63,999 nt of DNA, filler included, from Octopus bimaculoides (GCF_001194135.2; 9 parts of 8 records of this genome joined end to end with filler, not necessarily neighbours in it); one strand, 5' to 3'. Shown: positions 49,237 to 63,999, counted from the first letter of the whole stretch. Program-made: numbers and translations. The notes: generated from the letters alone by a model not told the origin.

Positions 49237-49395
49237 TACCTCTGAATATCCTTGTTGCTTATTTTGGTTTTAACTACCTTATTTTGAAATTGTATGGATA
49301 ATACCGTACTAAATTCCGGTGCCTAACTTAAGTACCTAATTCATCTGAATCTATATATTTATATGTATATATATATTCATATATATATTTATATG

Positions 49396-49444
<49 letters not shown>

Positions 49445-49636
49445 GTCATGTGCCTAATAATCAGGTTTACAATGTTATATGATATGCTTGGTTTTATTTT
49501 TCAGGGCGTCTTTCGGAGTTTTGTAATTAATCCCTCTGACAAATGTAGCTAATTTTCACACTGGAGCTTTTCATACCACCGATAACTAATTTGAACGGTT
49601 TGACGTAGTCGACTTGCCTTTTCTTCAAAATTGCTG

Positions 49637-49866
49637 CTATTGGCAGAATCGTTAGCATGCCGGGCAAAATATTTAGCAGCATTTCGTCCGACTTTATGTT
49701 CTGAATTCAAATCCGCGGACATCAACTTTGCCTCTCATCCTTTCGGGGTCGATAAATTAAGTACCAGTCAAGTACTGGAGTCAATGTAATCAACTGTCCC
49801 CTACCCCAAATTTCAAGCCTTGCGTCTTTAGTAGAAAGGATTATTATTATTATTATTATTATTATC

Positions 49867-49928
<62 letters not shown>

Positions 49929-50140
49929 GACAGTGAGCTGGCAAAATCGGTAGCTTGCCGGACAAAATGATTAGTGGCATTTCGTTCGTCTTTCGCTCTG
50001 AGTTTAAGTTCCGCCGAGATCGACTTTACCTTTCATCTTTTCGAAGTCGATAAAATAAGTACCGGTTGAACATTGGATTCAATGTGATCGACTTCCCCTT
50101 TCTCCAAAACTTGACCTTGTACCAGAATTTGAAACCATTA
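49637..50140 (+). mobile_element. Two tandem SINE A copies joined by (ATT)n
   Basis: Copies at about 49637-49845 and 49926-50140. Confidence 0.85.
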
Positions 50141-50360
50141 TTATTATCATCATTGATTTGACTCAGGTTCGGTCTCATTCCTAGCAGGTTTTATGTAGGT
50201 AGCGGGTTACTACCTGTAACCTTAAGTATCCACTAGCTTTCAATAGTCTTTCAAGTGCTTAGAAACCTCCTGATAATCTTTTCTGTCCTTAAGATGCAAG
50301 CTGTACTGCATCAGGGCATAGCCACTGCCTGGTACTGTATCAGAGCGTGGCCACTACCTG

Positions 50361-50436
<76 letters not shown>

Positions 50437-50445
50437 ATAAAACGA

Positions 50446-50503
<58 letters not shown>

Positions 50504-50697
50504 TACCAATATAATTGCATTTTATTTCATCTTCCGACTGGGTCTGAACCAAAGATGAAACGTATTTATCAGATGGAGAGAAATTTCCTGAAAATGTGGG
50601 AGGTTGATGTGAACACAATTTTCTGAGTCTCACAGATTGTTGGTTTCCCAGGGATTTGGTAAAAAAAATTGTCAGTACCTTTCTTGATCGTTCCTAT
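50504..50697 (-). mobile_element. R4/Dong-like LINE 3' end embedded in (TAA)n
   Basis: IGTIKKGTD..IPGKPTICETQKIVFTSTSHIFRKFLSI* (RLE C-terminus); 3'UTR hairpin TTTCATCTT/AAGATGAAA; (TAA)n tail. Confidence 0.75.
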
Positions 50698-51289
50698 TAT
50701 TATTATCATCATTATTATTATAAAATTGTCAAAGTACAAAAACCTCAAAATTGAAGTAGTAGTCATCATTCAAAGTTTTAACAAAACTTCGTAATAATAA
50801 ACAAACTGTTTTCGACAAACTTTAACGAACCCACAAGTGCTAATACGATGTAAGTCCAACACGAACAATAATAATGGCTTCAAATGTTGGCTCTAGACCA
50901 ACAAGTTCGGAGTATCTGTATGCAAGTGTATGTAAGCGAGAGAGAAGGAGAGAGAGAGAGAGAGAGAATATATATTTTTAGATTTACAAAATTTATTGCT
51001 TAAATTCTAAGAGAATCTAATCATAAACAATTATGGTAAAATTATGGTAATGTATAATACACACAAACGCACTGTTTATATATAGAACAAATGATAAAGA
51101 TGGAAAATGGAATATACGAGATTTCATTTTCCGTCTCTACTATTTATTATATACTCAACGAACTTTGGGGAATTCCTGATGTAGATCCAGCGACAATTAT
51201 GTAAATACCGTTGATGACTTCAGATAGACATAGGCAGTGAACATGCTTCATTGCCCAACTACTAGGATCAGACCCACTACTTAAATAAT

Positions 51290-51600
51290 TGGCTGTGTGG
51301 TAAGTAGCTTGCTTACCAGCAACATAGTTCCGAGTCCTAGGGCAAGTATCTTCTACTATAGCCGCGGGCCGGCCAAAGCCTTATGAGTGGATTTGGTAGA
51401 CGGAAACTGAAAGAAGCCCGTCATATATATATATATATATATATATGTTTGTGTCTCTGTGTTTGTCCCCCAACCGCCGCTTGACAACCGATAGAATAAG
51501 TACTAGGCTTATAAAGAATAAGTTCTGGGGTCGATTTGTTCAACTAGAGGCGGCGCTCAAACAAATGACTGAAACAAATAAAGAAATAAAAGAGTAAAAG
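51290..51600 (+). mobile_element. SINE family B
   Basis: TGGCTGTGTGGTAAGTAGCTTGC..GGATTTGGTAGACGGAAACTGAAAGAAGCCCG.. Confidence 0.85.
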
Positions 51601-52210
51601 AGAATATATATATATANNNNNNNNNNNNNNNNNNNNNNNNNNNNNNNNNNNNNNNNNNNNNNNNNNNNNNNNNNNNNNNNNNNNNNNNNNNNNNNNNNNN
51701 NNNNNNNNNNNNNNNNNNNNNNNNNNNNNNNNNNNNNNNNNNNNNNNNNNNNNNNNNNNNNNNNNNNNNNNNNNNNNNNNNNNNNNNNNNNNNNNNNNNN
51801 NNNNNNNNNNNNNNNNNNNNNNNNNNNNNNNNNNNNNNNNNNNNNNNNNNNNNNNNNNNNNNNNNNNNNNNNNNNNNNNNNNNNNNNNNNNNNNNNNNNN
51901 NNNNNNNNNNNNNNNNNNNNNNNNNNNNNNNNNNNNNNNNNNNNNNNNNNNNNNNNNNNNNNNNNNNNNNNNNNNNNNNNNNNNNNNNNNNNNNNNNNNN
52001 NNNNNNNNNNNNNNNNNNNNNNNNNNNNNNNNNNNNNNNNNNNNNNNNNNNNNNNNNNNNNNNNNNNNNNNNNNNNNNNNNNNNNNNNNNNNNNNNNNNN
52101 NNNNNNNNNNNNNNNNNNNNNNNNNNNNNNNNNNNNNNNNNNNNNNNNNNNNNNNNNNNNNNNNNNNNNNNNNNNNNNNNTAGTCTCCTTTAGAGAGACT
52201 TAGAAATATT

Positions 52211-52300
<90 letters not shown>

Positions 52301-52625
52301 CATGTGTGTGTGTATAGTCCACAGATGAGATCCAGATATTCTGCGTATAGACGACACTAAGTAGTGCTCAAAAGATTCAAACTTAGATTCCGATGTCATT
52401 ATAGGGGGTCGATTCCACTAAATTAAGACTATAAGGAGGATCCATTTGAGCGGGTACAGAGGGAATTATGCAGATAAGCAAATTAGATACATTAAATATA
52501 TTAAATATAATAGTTTGGGTCTCGTACCTAAACAGTTATATTTAATATATTTAATTATCTAATTTGTTTATCCGCATAATTGCTTCTCCTCTCTCTCTTT
52601 CTCTCTCTCTCTTTGTCTGTCTCTT

Positions 52626-52733
<108 letters not shown>

Positions 52734-52803
52734 NNNNNNNNNNNNNNNNNNNNNNNNNNNNNNNNNNNNNNNNNNNNNNNNNNNNNNNNNNNNNNNNNNN
52801 NNN

Positions 52804-52908
<105 letters not shown>

Positions 52909-53267
52909 GCAATCGGGCGAACGAAGCAGCACAGAAAATTATGCCCGGTTGCATATGCAACTGCTCATACTTGTTCTACGGAAACAAGTGTAGGTCGTTG
53001 GAACAATAAAAATATGCTGTATGACATTGTGAAATAAAAGGAAATAAATTTTGAAGATGTATCAGTCTCTATATTCTTTATCGTTATAACTATTGCAAAT
53101 ATACACTCCAGATAATATTACCATCCAGTGAAGCGAACATAGAATTACCCATCAGAGGAATTTACAGCATGAATGACAACTCCTAGTTGTCATACACGAT
53201 AAATACTTATCGTCGCGGATAGCCGTAACCTGGAACGTAGCTGAGAGCTAGCACGGTATGCGCCCGG

Positions 53268-53335
<68 letters not shown>

Positions 53336-53794
53336 TAGCAAAACACGTGAATATTTTACGGAATTAATGGTAAACGTATTGGGTTATTTCTGAACACTTT
53401 ATTCAAAAAAACCTGAAAGTGTAACTTGTATTGCGTTTGTACCAAAAGGTAGTCGCTCATCTGCTAACCATTGAAGGAACAGTGAAAAAAATTGGGATAC
53501 AATTACTTAATGTACTTTATATAAACACTTAATATACTTTATGCACAATTTTATAGACTTAATACACAGCACTATCCCTCCTTCTCTTTCACTCTTCACG
53601 TTACCTTCTTTTTCTCCTTTTTCTTTCACTTTTCGCCTTTCCTTTCAACTAATCATGTGAAAGCGTTACAGACGGGCTAAGTAACGCAGGAAAAAAAAAC
53701 TTAGTTAAAAAAAAATTGCACATTTCACTCACCACTACTTCTACCTCCTCCATAATTATTATAAGATAATGATGATGTTGATGATAATTATAAT

Positions 53795-54010
53795 AATCCT
53801 TTCTACTAAAGGCACAAGGCCTGAAATTTGGTGGGAGTGGACTAGTCGATTACATCGACCCCAGTGTTTCATTGGTACTTAATTTTATCTATCCCGAAGG
53901 ATGAAACACAAAGTCAACCTCGGTAGAATTTGAACTCAGAACGTAGCTACGGGCAAAATACCGCTAAGCATATTGTCCAGCTTGCTAACGATTCTGCCGG
54001 CTCGCCGCCT
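53795..54010 (-). mobile_element. SINE family A, full length, between (TAA)n tracts
   Basis: Family A motifs in reverse complement. Confidence 0.85.
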
Positions 54011-54034
54011 AATAATAATGATAATGTGATAATG

Positions 54035-54106
<72 letters not shown>

Positions 54107-54334
54107 TCAGAAGAAGAAGAAGAAGAAAGGGATTAAAAATTCCAGGCAGACATCAATAAAGCACTGTTTTAAACGAATTTTGTTAACACTATTCAACAAT
54201 AAGTCCTGGGGTCGATTTGCTCGACTAAAGGCGGTGCTCCAGCATGGCCGCAGTCATATGACTGAAACGAGTAAAAGAATAAAAGAAAAATGTACTAATC
54301 TCCGTATTCATTGTAATTCTCTTATATACATTTA

Positions 54335-54387
<53 letters not shown>

Positions 54388-55735
54388 GTACATGTATGTA
54401 CATACCTACATCTACATGTATATATAGATGCATATCTGGGTACAGGACGTCACAAAAAAACGTGGACAAAATGAAAAACAGAACATAAACAGAGCACAGA
54501 AGACAAACAGGATACATAGAGAATATTTTCTTCATCAGCTGCCCCTATTCTAAACTAAGTGTTTCGAAGAGTTAGGGCAGGACGTATTGTTAGAATAGCT
54601 CTTCCCGCGGAAACAAATTAAATTAGATTAAATTTGTAATGCAGAGGAATTAAGTGGCAAACAAAACACGACAGGAAAACGATACTGAAAATAAACAAGA
54701 AGGGCTGTAGGCCAGACGTGAAAAAAATATCTGTATACTAAACGCTGTGATGTGACGAACTTGAGGGGAAGAGAGAAGAAAGTTCGTGCTAGCTTGGCAG
54801 TGGCCAAGAGAAGAAAGAAAACAATAGCCGGTCACATGTGACCAGCGAGGGATAAGGAGAAAGAGTGTAGAAAAAATAATAAGGTACTCAGATATCTGGA
54901 TGGTTGTACATTTACAAATTTTTATTAATATGTCATGTTTTTATAAATTAGCGCTTGCATCTATTTTAGTAGATTCTCCAGATTTAATTTTTCTTGAGAG
55001 AATTTGTCTCTTTTTATAGTATAATTGAATGTGTAGGGATGGAGAGAGATATATAGGATAGTAAGAGAGTGTAAGGAATGGGGGTAAAGTGAGAGAGAGA
55101 GTGTGTGTGTGTTTTTGTGTGTGTGTGTTTTTGTGTTTGTGTGTTTTTTTGTTGGTGTGTGTGTGTGTATGTGTGTGCCTGTGTATCTGAAAGGAGTGTC
55201 AATGGGAAAGAGAAGGCGAGAAAGAAGGAAGAGTGAAAGAAGAAAGAAAATTGTGTTTACAGCTCGTTAGTTCTTTCAATGACAAGTTGATTCTTGGTCT
55301 TTAAAAATGGAAAAACCAGGTGGCTATTTAAGGTGGGGCATTGTTTGGAAGAAAGTTGTTTTTCAGACATACATGCATACATACAGATATAGATATATAC
55401 GTACATACACATCTATGTTCATACATATATAAATATTTTTATTTTATGTTAGGTGCCCTTTTAAAGCCTGGCCAGGCTCATGGGCCCGGTTTCCCGGTTT
55501 CAATGGCGAATGTGTTCCCCAGCCAGTCATGCACTAAGTATGCGTGTAAGCAAATATAAAACGCACCTTCACACACACACACACACACANNNNNNNNNNN
55601 NNNNNNNNNNNNNNNNNNNNNNNNNNNNNNNNNNNNNNNNNNNNNNNNNNNNNNNNNNNNNNNNNNNNNNNNNNNNATATATATTTATATATATGTGTGT
55701 GTGTGTATGTGTATTTGTGAGTGTGTGTGTGTGTT

Positions 55736-55773
<38 letters not shown>

Positions 55774-56009
55774 ATCAGAACATGCATAACACCTACATGT
55801 GCTAACATGTCTGCACATATATTTGCGTTTTATATTTACTTACACGCATACTTTGTGTTGCAATATTTATTTTGTATATTTCTCAACACTCACACGCGCG
55901 CACACATACATGCATACATACATGCATACATACATACATACATACATGCACACATACATACATACATACATGCACACATACATACAGACATACAGACATA
56001 CATACATAC

Positions 56010-56435
56010 AAATATAAAGCTAAAGATAAGAGAAAACGAAAACTCTTTTACAAGAAATTGAAAGTTACTTCACCCAGATTACAAGTTCAGGTTTATACCT
56101 GTAATTATTGGGACACTGAGATATGCAACAAACTGCCTAAGCACCAGTTCTGAGAAATTAAGCTTCTCAAAACCAGAAAAAAGAAAGCTGATTCAACGAC
56201 TGTAGATTCAAGCTGAGCAAGCATTGGAACAGTAAAAAATTGTAAAACTGTCCAGAGCTTTACCATTTAAGTATATACGTGCATGCCTAGACATGCAACT
56301 ATATGCGTGAGAATATATGCATAAAAATGTTTACATATCTCCACATGCACTGATGCCCTGCTGGTGTTGGAGAAATTCTAATGAAGGAGCCTTGGATCTA
56401 GTTAGAAAGCGGCTCTTGAAATAAAATTGAATAAT
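56010..56435 (+). mobile_element. RLE-type non-LTR retrotransposon 3' end (clade uncertain)
   Basis: LLHPDYKFRFIPVIIGTLRYATNCL..RKLIQRL*IQA..GTVKNCKT, a decayed restriction-like endonuclease C-terminus, plus 3'UTR; flanked by (CATA)n and (CA)n. Confidence 0.65.
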
Positions 56436-56914
56436 CACACACATACACACACACTTGCGCACACATGTTTGTATGTATGTGTGTATGCTTGTATATAACA
56501 TGTATATGTATATATAACGATGGTGGAACGATTATGAAGATCACTTCGCAACCACATGACTTGAGTTCGCTCTCACTGCATGGTATATTGCACAATTTCT
56601 TTCAGCACTGCCCAGATGCAAACTAAACCCACACGAGAGGCTCAGGTGTTTGTATATAGCAGGTAGGGAACCAGCTGGTTCTGGGGAACAGACACTATTA
56701 TCGTAGTTGCACTCATCTGAGCGATAGGCTACAGAATATCTATCAGCGATTTACTGACAATCAGTCGAGTGGCAACCCACTTGATTCGGGTCAGGATGTA
56801 TGTATGTACAAAGTAACAGGATATATTTTGGTTTCGGCTGGGGTTTCAGTTGTTTAATCGTATAATCTCTTCCCACGATCCCTGTATATTTGCATTTGTC
56901 TATCTATCTATCTG

Positions 56915-57015
<101 letters not shown>

Positions 57016-57488
57016 NNNNNNNNNNNNNNNNNNNNNNNNNNNNNNNNNNNNNNNNNNNNNNNNNNNNNNNNNNNNNNNNNNNNNNNNNNNNNNNNNNNNN
57101 NNNNNNNNNNNNNNNNNNNNNNNNNNNNNNNNNNNNNNNNNNNNNNNNNNNNNNNNNNNNNNNNNNNNNNNNNNNNNNNNNNNNNNNNNNNNNNNNNNNN
57201 NNNNNNNNNNNNNNNNNNNNNNNNNNNNATATATCAATACGGTAAAAAATTGGATATCAATTAAGATCAATTTAATACCAGGGAACAAGCACATTAAAAG
57301 AATATTTTTTATATATATTTTTATATATATATTTTTTATATATATTTTTATATATATATTTTTTATATATATTTTTATATATACATATACAATAATCCTT
57401 TATATATATATCAATACGGATATACCGGATATAGAAAAACAACACGCGTGTATTTATACACATACACCTATCGAGACATACATAGCTG

Positions 57489-57550
<62 letters not shown>

Positions 57551-58196
57551 TATCCATCCATCCATCCATCCATCCATCCATCCATCCACATACCAACCCA
57601 CAATGTACATAGTATCTGTCAGGCTGAAGTTGTAATCTTAATATATTCAACGTATAAGATTTCTATTTCACTATGAAATGCTGATTTAATGCATGGAATC
57701 CTGTATTTAATTTCATTGAATGTCTCATGTTCATGTTCATTGCACATACTAACGCACAATGCTATTAAACACATTAAGTGTGAGTTAACTCTGGTATGAA
57801 ATAAAGATATCACAGAAATTGAATAAAAACTGCTTATGCTGTGCCTTTACAGAATGGGGAGCGTTTTTGCATGTGTGCGTGTGTGTGTGTGTGCTTTACA
57901 TTGCATGTGTATCTCGCTTTCACAGTTGAGCAGAGTGTAAAAACTTTATTCCACGTGAAAATACAAAATTGTAATTCTTAATATATATAGATACATACAT
58001 ACGTACATACATACATACAGAGAGAGAGAGAGAAAGATTGCTTTAGTGCGTGACATTTGGCCCAATGTTCCAAAAATTCAACAAAAGCAGACCAAACGGA
58101 ATATTCACATACAAGACGTAACTGTTTCCCCATCAGCCGTAGCCCAAAAGATCATAACAATTTCGTGCCTATATACGTGCATCCGCTCCCTTAAAC

Positions 58197-58287
<91 letters not shown>

Positions 58288-58448
58288 GAGGTTATAAGAG
58301 GTAATAGTGTCAATAAGACCCAAAGGTGTCAGGTAATGCTGAGTAAGTGCTATGGACAGACTATAATTAAGCATCCAGGTTCGGTAATTATGCGAATAAG
58401 GAGTCCAACATAGGTCATATATCAACATGCGTATATATAAAAAAAAGT

Positions 58449-58550
58449 TTTTCAGAATGAGATAAAAATCCAAGGCTATGAAAGATTTTAGAACATTTAT
58501 AAATAGGTCTTACAGCTGTTTATAAATGTTCTAAAATCTCACTCTGAAAA
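58449..58550. repeat. Template-switch-like inverted duplication at a Penelope-like end
   Basis: Perfect 21-bp inverted arms 58483-58503 / 58519-58539, and a second pair 58449-58463 / 58536-58550 matching 14 of 15 bases. Confidence 0.75.
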
Positions 58551-58552
58551 TT

Positions 58553-58623
<71 letters not shown>

Positions 58624-58992
58624 TTGGATAGTGAGTATGTTTTAGAAATTTCACTACCAGTGGCTAGCATGTATAAAAAGTCAATAGACAACATATTCTC
58701 AATATAAAATAGTGTACATTTAAACACAAGAGAAAACTGCTGTCAACAGGCAGTTTTTACACGCTAGAAGAAGTAGTCAAAACGCTTGTGCGGTGAATTT
58801 GAAAAATTATAATGTATAACGATTAGACACATGTTATTCGTCTCTTAGTTATGTGATAATGTTATGGTGCATGTAAAAATTTTCTGTTTATTCATGTTTT
58901 ATTATGCCGGCTACAGCCTAAAGATATCACTGGTAAAACCAGTTTTTTCTAGGTCGCAACGATATGTGGAGATATATTGTAGGATAATAATG

Positions 58993-59057
<65 letters not shown>

Positions 59058-59310
59058 CCATGGATGGAATTTATAAATAATACATAGCTATGCGTTCCGT
59101 AAATCTCTCAGTTATACAGCCAAGAAATGAACGCATGGACATGATCCATTTGATGTCCATGGATACTAGGGACTGTACTGTAATCATCCCAGGGATATGG
59201 AACGTGATCTTAAGGAACATGTGAATCGAGGAGACGGGCGTAGCGATGCATTAAAATAAATTTCATCCAGGGATTATTATTTTTATCGTATACACACACA
59301 CACACACACA

Positions 59311-59364
<54 letters not shown>

Positions 59365-59394
59365 ATAATATATATATATATATATAATAATAAA

Positions 59395-59936
59395 AGCAAA
59401 ATTTCTTTCCTGAGAGACCTTGCTGCATGCAATCAAGCCCTATGCATAGCACTCGTGGAAACTCACCTCAGCCCTGATATAGAGGATGCAGAAGTACACG
59501 TACCAAAATATGTCATACTGCGAACAGACAGAAGGGAAAGGAGCCATGGTGGAGTTGCTGTATACATCCGTGACGACCTCACACCCCAGGTCTTACCGTC
59601 ATACTCAAATTCGGTATGCGACATCCTAGTTGTATACATAAGACAACATAATATAGTCATATGCAATGCATATTGCCCACCGGATGCTCCAAACCACATA
59701 GGCAAATTTGAAGATTGCCTCGCTAGAATTAAAGAAATCCTCATGAAACTGGAACACCATGTGACCATATTTCTTATGGGTGATTTCAACTTCCCCAACG
59801 TCAAATGGCCCGAAGGTCTCATACTCTCAGGAATGACTTATCGCAAGCAAGCACAGGTGGAATGCCTGCTCAACCTCATCAATGCCCTATTCATGGAGCA
59901 AACTGTTCTCAGACCAACTAGAGCGAATAACATTCT
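59395..59936 (+). mobile_element. CR1-type LINE APE endonuclease domain, open reading frame, cut by a gap
   Basis: IALVETHL, RTDR..SHGGVAVYIR, AYCPP, MGDFNFPNVKW and PTRANNI. Confidence 0.9.
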
Positions 59937-60036
59937 NNNNNNNNNNNNNNNNNNNNNNNNNNNNNNNNNNNNNNNNNNNNTTAATTAATTAANNNNNNNN
60001 NNNNNNNNNNNNNNNNNNNNNNNNNNNNNNNNNNNN

Positions 60037-60069
<33 letters not shown>

Positions 60070-60619
60070 CATGCATACACGCACATAGATGGATAGATAA
60101 ATAGATAGATAGAAGGATAAATACATAGATAAATAGATGTGTGCGTGTGTGTATGCGTCTCTGTGTGTATGTGTGTGTGTATTAAATTTAAAATACACCG
60201 CTGATGTTCACTTTAAGGAAAAACAAAAGCAACAAAAACAAACGTAAACCTTATCACCATCTTATGTTACCGATCACATATCATCACAATTGGAACACCT
60301 GTACATACGTACATACACACATACATACATAGATATGCGTGTGTCTGTGTGTATGTGTGTGTGGGTGTGCGTGTCTATTTGTATGACAATATCATTAGTA
60401 TATATAAAGATATTAGTAGTAAATATATTCATACATACTTATATACTTATACAAATATATATATATATATATATTGTATATATTGATATATATAATATAT
60501 TATATATGTATGTACACACACACATACATATAAAGATATACACACATATATATACACCATATATGATATATAATATATATATTATACATTATATATATAT
60601 GTATATATATATATGTACG

Positions 60620-60654
<35 letters not shown>

Positions 60655-60755
60655 NNNNNNNNNNNNNNNNNNNNNNNNNNNNNNNGTTTTTATTGGCTAA
60701 ACTGGCAATATGACCATCCCCAAGTACAACAATATATATATATATATATATAAAT

Positions 60756-60794
<39 letters not shown>

Positions 60795-61033
60795 CATATT
60801 ATATTATATTACATATGTATGTTTTGTTCTTGTTAAATTTCTCCATTTGTTGTGTTCTTTTTATTTAATCCTTGTAATATATATGTATGTATACATATAT
60901 ATACACACTCAGACGTATCTTACATATTACGTCACTGTGGATAGATAATTATTGCGTTAAACATTTAGTTAACAAACTTTAACATTATATTAACATATGT
61001 ATATGTGTGTGTTTGTGTGTGTTTGTGTGTTTT

Positions 61034-61071
<38 letters not shown>

Positions 61072-61254
61072 TGAGCAAGTGGTATGTTAACACAACTCTA
61101 CATGCATGGGAAATGTCCACGGCGTCTTTGAAGTATCGGTTTCATTATCAGGTGACGGTGGGCATGTTGAAACTTCAAAGTCACAATCAACTTTTTTTTT
61201 GTACGAATATCGTATTTGCTAATCCTTGAGTTCAAGCCCTAAGCTTACAAGGAA

Positions 61255-61345
61255 CAAATCCTGGGGTCGATTTCTTCGACTAAAAGCCTTTAAGGCGGTG
61301 CTCCAGCATGGCCGCAGTCAAATGAATGAAACATCTAAAAGAGCA
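61255..61345 (+). mobile_element. SINE family B 3' fragment (another at about 54195-54290; a 5' fragment at about 61637-61715)
   Basis: CCTGGGGTCGATTT..CGACTAAA..GGCGGTGCTCCAGCATGGCCGCAGTCA. Confidence 0.75.
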
Positions 61346-61503
61346 GTCTGACAATTCCTCGGAACATACACAGGCAACCGCCCCCTCCCCACACGTGTGT
61401 GTATGTAAAAGACAGAATTCTTCAATTTCCGTCGAACACATTTACTTACAAGGCTTTGGTCAGTTCCAAATGGGACTGAACCCTAACCCTAACCACACAC
61501 ACA

Positions 61504-61546
<43 letters not shown>

Positions 61547-62243
61547 CTATCTCTCTCTCTCTATATATATATATAATATAATATATATATGTTATATATA
61601 ATATATAATATAATTATATATGTGTGTGTGTGTGTGTACAAGTGTCTTCTACTATAGCCGCGGGCCGACCAAAGTGAATTTGGTAGACGGAAACCGAAAG
61701 AAGCCTGTCGTATATAAATATATATATATATATATGTGTATGTAAGTATGTGTTTGTTCATGTTGTTGTTGGTGCTTATTTGTTTACGATTTTATTTGGT
61801 TCTTTCCTGACTTCATTGTTAATTTGTTTATTTGTATTTATGATTGTTTACGATCATATTTACGGTTTTGCTAAAACATTTGTAGTTGTCTGTCGTCGGT
61901 TATTTCTTAATAACATGTTTATAATATGTTAATGATATGTTAATGACACCTTAATAGTATGTTAATTATATTTTGACAATATGTAATTCTTTAATCATTC
62001 TATTTAATATTGGTATTGTATTTTTTTTAGCATTGTTATTTATATATATTTCTCATTTTTCGCTTGATCCGTTTGGTTCGTTAAGTATCAAGTAGCCGTT
62101 AAATACTTACACACACACACANNNNNNNNNNNNNNNNNNNNNNNNNNNNNNNNNNNNNNNNNNNNNNNNNNNNNNNNNNNNNNNNNNNNNNNNNNNNNNN
62201 NNNNNNNNNNNNNNNNNNNNNNNNNNNNNNNNNNNNNNNNNNN

Positions 62244-62298
<55 letters not shown>

Positions 62299-62600
62299 GT
62301 ATATATATATACATATATATATACACCATTCCTCCATATGATCGGCGCTTGGAATTTTGTGAAGATATTAAGATATTTTTCTTAACATGAAACCGATGGT
62401 AGCCTGAATGCACAAATAAAGAAATTTTATCCACAAATGCAATGTTGAGCACTCACTTTCATCGTTCGACATTTACGTGTGTGTGTGTGTGTGTGTGTGT
62501 GCGTATAATGCATATATATGTATATCTATATATATATATATGCATATATATATATACATATATATATGTTTGTATATATATATATATATATATATACAAG

Positions 62601-62640
<40 letters not shown>

Positions 62641-62694
62641 CATACNNNNNNNNNNATATATGTTTGTATATATATATATATATATATATACAAG

Positions 62695-62734
<40 letters not shown>

Positions 62735-62812
62735 CATACATATATATATGTATGCATGTATCTATATATTCATATATATATGCGTAAATATATATATGTG
62801 CATAGACACGTA

Positions 62813-62847
<35 letters not shown>

Positions 62848-63039
62848 NNNNNNNNNNNNNNNNNNNNNNNNNNNNNNNNNNNNNNNNNNNNTTAATTAAT
62901 TAANNNNNNNNNNNNNNNNNNNNNNNNNNNNNNNNNNNNNNNNNNNNATGTTTTGGCAGGGCATTGAAGAGCTGAAACCGAGGCTGCTGCAGTATCTCGT
63001 TCTTATGTGAGATGTGTATATATATATATATATGTGCGA

Positions 63040-63999
63040 AGGAACTTGCGAACGTACGTACGTACGTAAATACGTAACTAAGAACGTATGTAAGAACGAA
63101 CGAACGTACGTACGTACGAATGCACAAAATAACTTACAAACGATCGAACGAACGTAAGTACGTACCCATGTATGTACGATCGAACGTACTTACGAACTAA
63201 GGAACGAACGACAAAACGAACGTACGTAAATAAGTACGAACGAACGTAAGAAATAACGAACGAACGTAGGTATGGAAAAATGAGCAAACGAACGTACGTT
63301 TGTAAGTAAGTACGTGTGTATGTACGATCGAACGAACTTCCGTTTGTACGTACATTCATACATACGAATGAACGTAAGAACGTACGAACGTAAGTACATA
63401 CTTATGTACGAAAGAACGAACGTACATACGAACGAACGATCGTACGTACATACGAACGAACGTACGTACGTAGATATGTGCGTACGAACGAATGTACGTA
63501 CGTACGTAAATACGTACCTAATTACGTACGTACGATGAGCGAACCAACAAACGAACGTACGTACATACGTACAAATGACCGAACGTACTTACGTACGAAT
63601 GATCGAACGAACGAATGAAAGATCGAACGAACGACAACGAACGAACTTACGTACGGACGAACGAATGTACGATCGAAGGAAAGAACGAACGTATGTACGA
63701 ACGAAAGCATCTACATACCTCCGTACCTAGGAACGAGCGATCGAACGAACGCAAGAACGGACGAACTTACGTACGTTAGCACGAACGGACGTAGGAACGT
63801 ACTAACTAACGTACGTACGTACAAATGCACAAAAGAACGAATAAACGAACAAACTTAGGTACCTAGGCACGGACGTACGTATGTACGAATTTAACGAACG
63901 AAAGAAGGAACGTATGTACATACGCACGTACGAATGACCGAACGACCGCGCGAACCAACGAACGTACGTACGTACAAATGAATGAACGTACGAACTAAC
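63040..63999. repeat. CpG-rich degenerate tetranucleotide satellite (ACGA/ACGT mosaic), continuing past the window end
   Basis: About 960 bp of GAACGAACG / TACGTACG permutations. Confidence 0.9.

Overview
Eukaryotic, AT-rich, heavily gapped genomic DNA dominated by microsatellites and transposable elements. The SINE families and microsatellite density suggest an octopod cephalopod (inference, not verified). Only one host-type gene is recognisable: an intronless executioner-caspase (caspase-3/7-like) ORF at 26873-27619 (+). It keeps QACRG and the structural motifs but has lost the catalytic His (SHG to SCG) and both S1-pocket arginines, so it looks like a pseudo-caspase. Upstream of it are a solo LTR with CCAAT/TATA boxes and two large foldback elements. 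The rest is TE debris: a Tx1/L1-clade LINE (5' half), CR1-type LINE pieces, R4/Dong-like and other RLE-type LINE fragments sitting in microsatellites, Helitron helicase fragments, mariner and hAT MITEs, several tRNA-derived SINE families, and several Penelope-type minimal hammerhead-ribozyme motifs, two of which have an intact catalytic core. Almost all ORFs in the supplied track are microsatellite or N-run artefacts. TE clade names come from recognised motifs, not database searches, and SINE boundaries are approximate.
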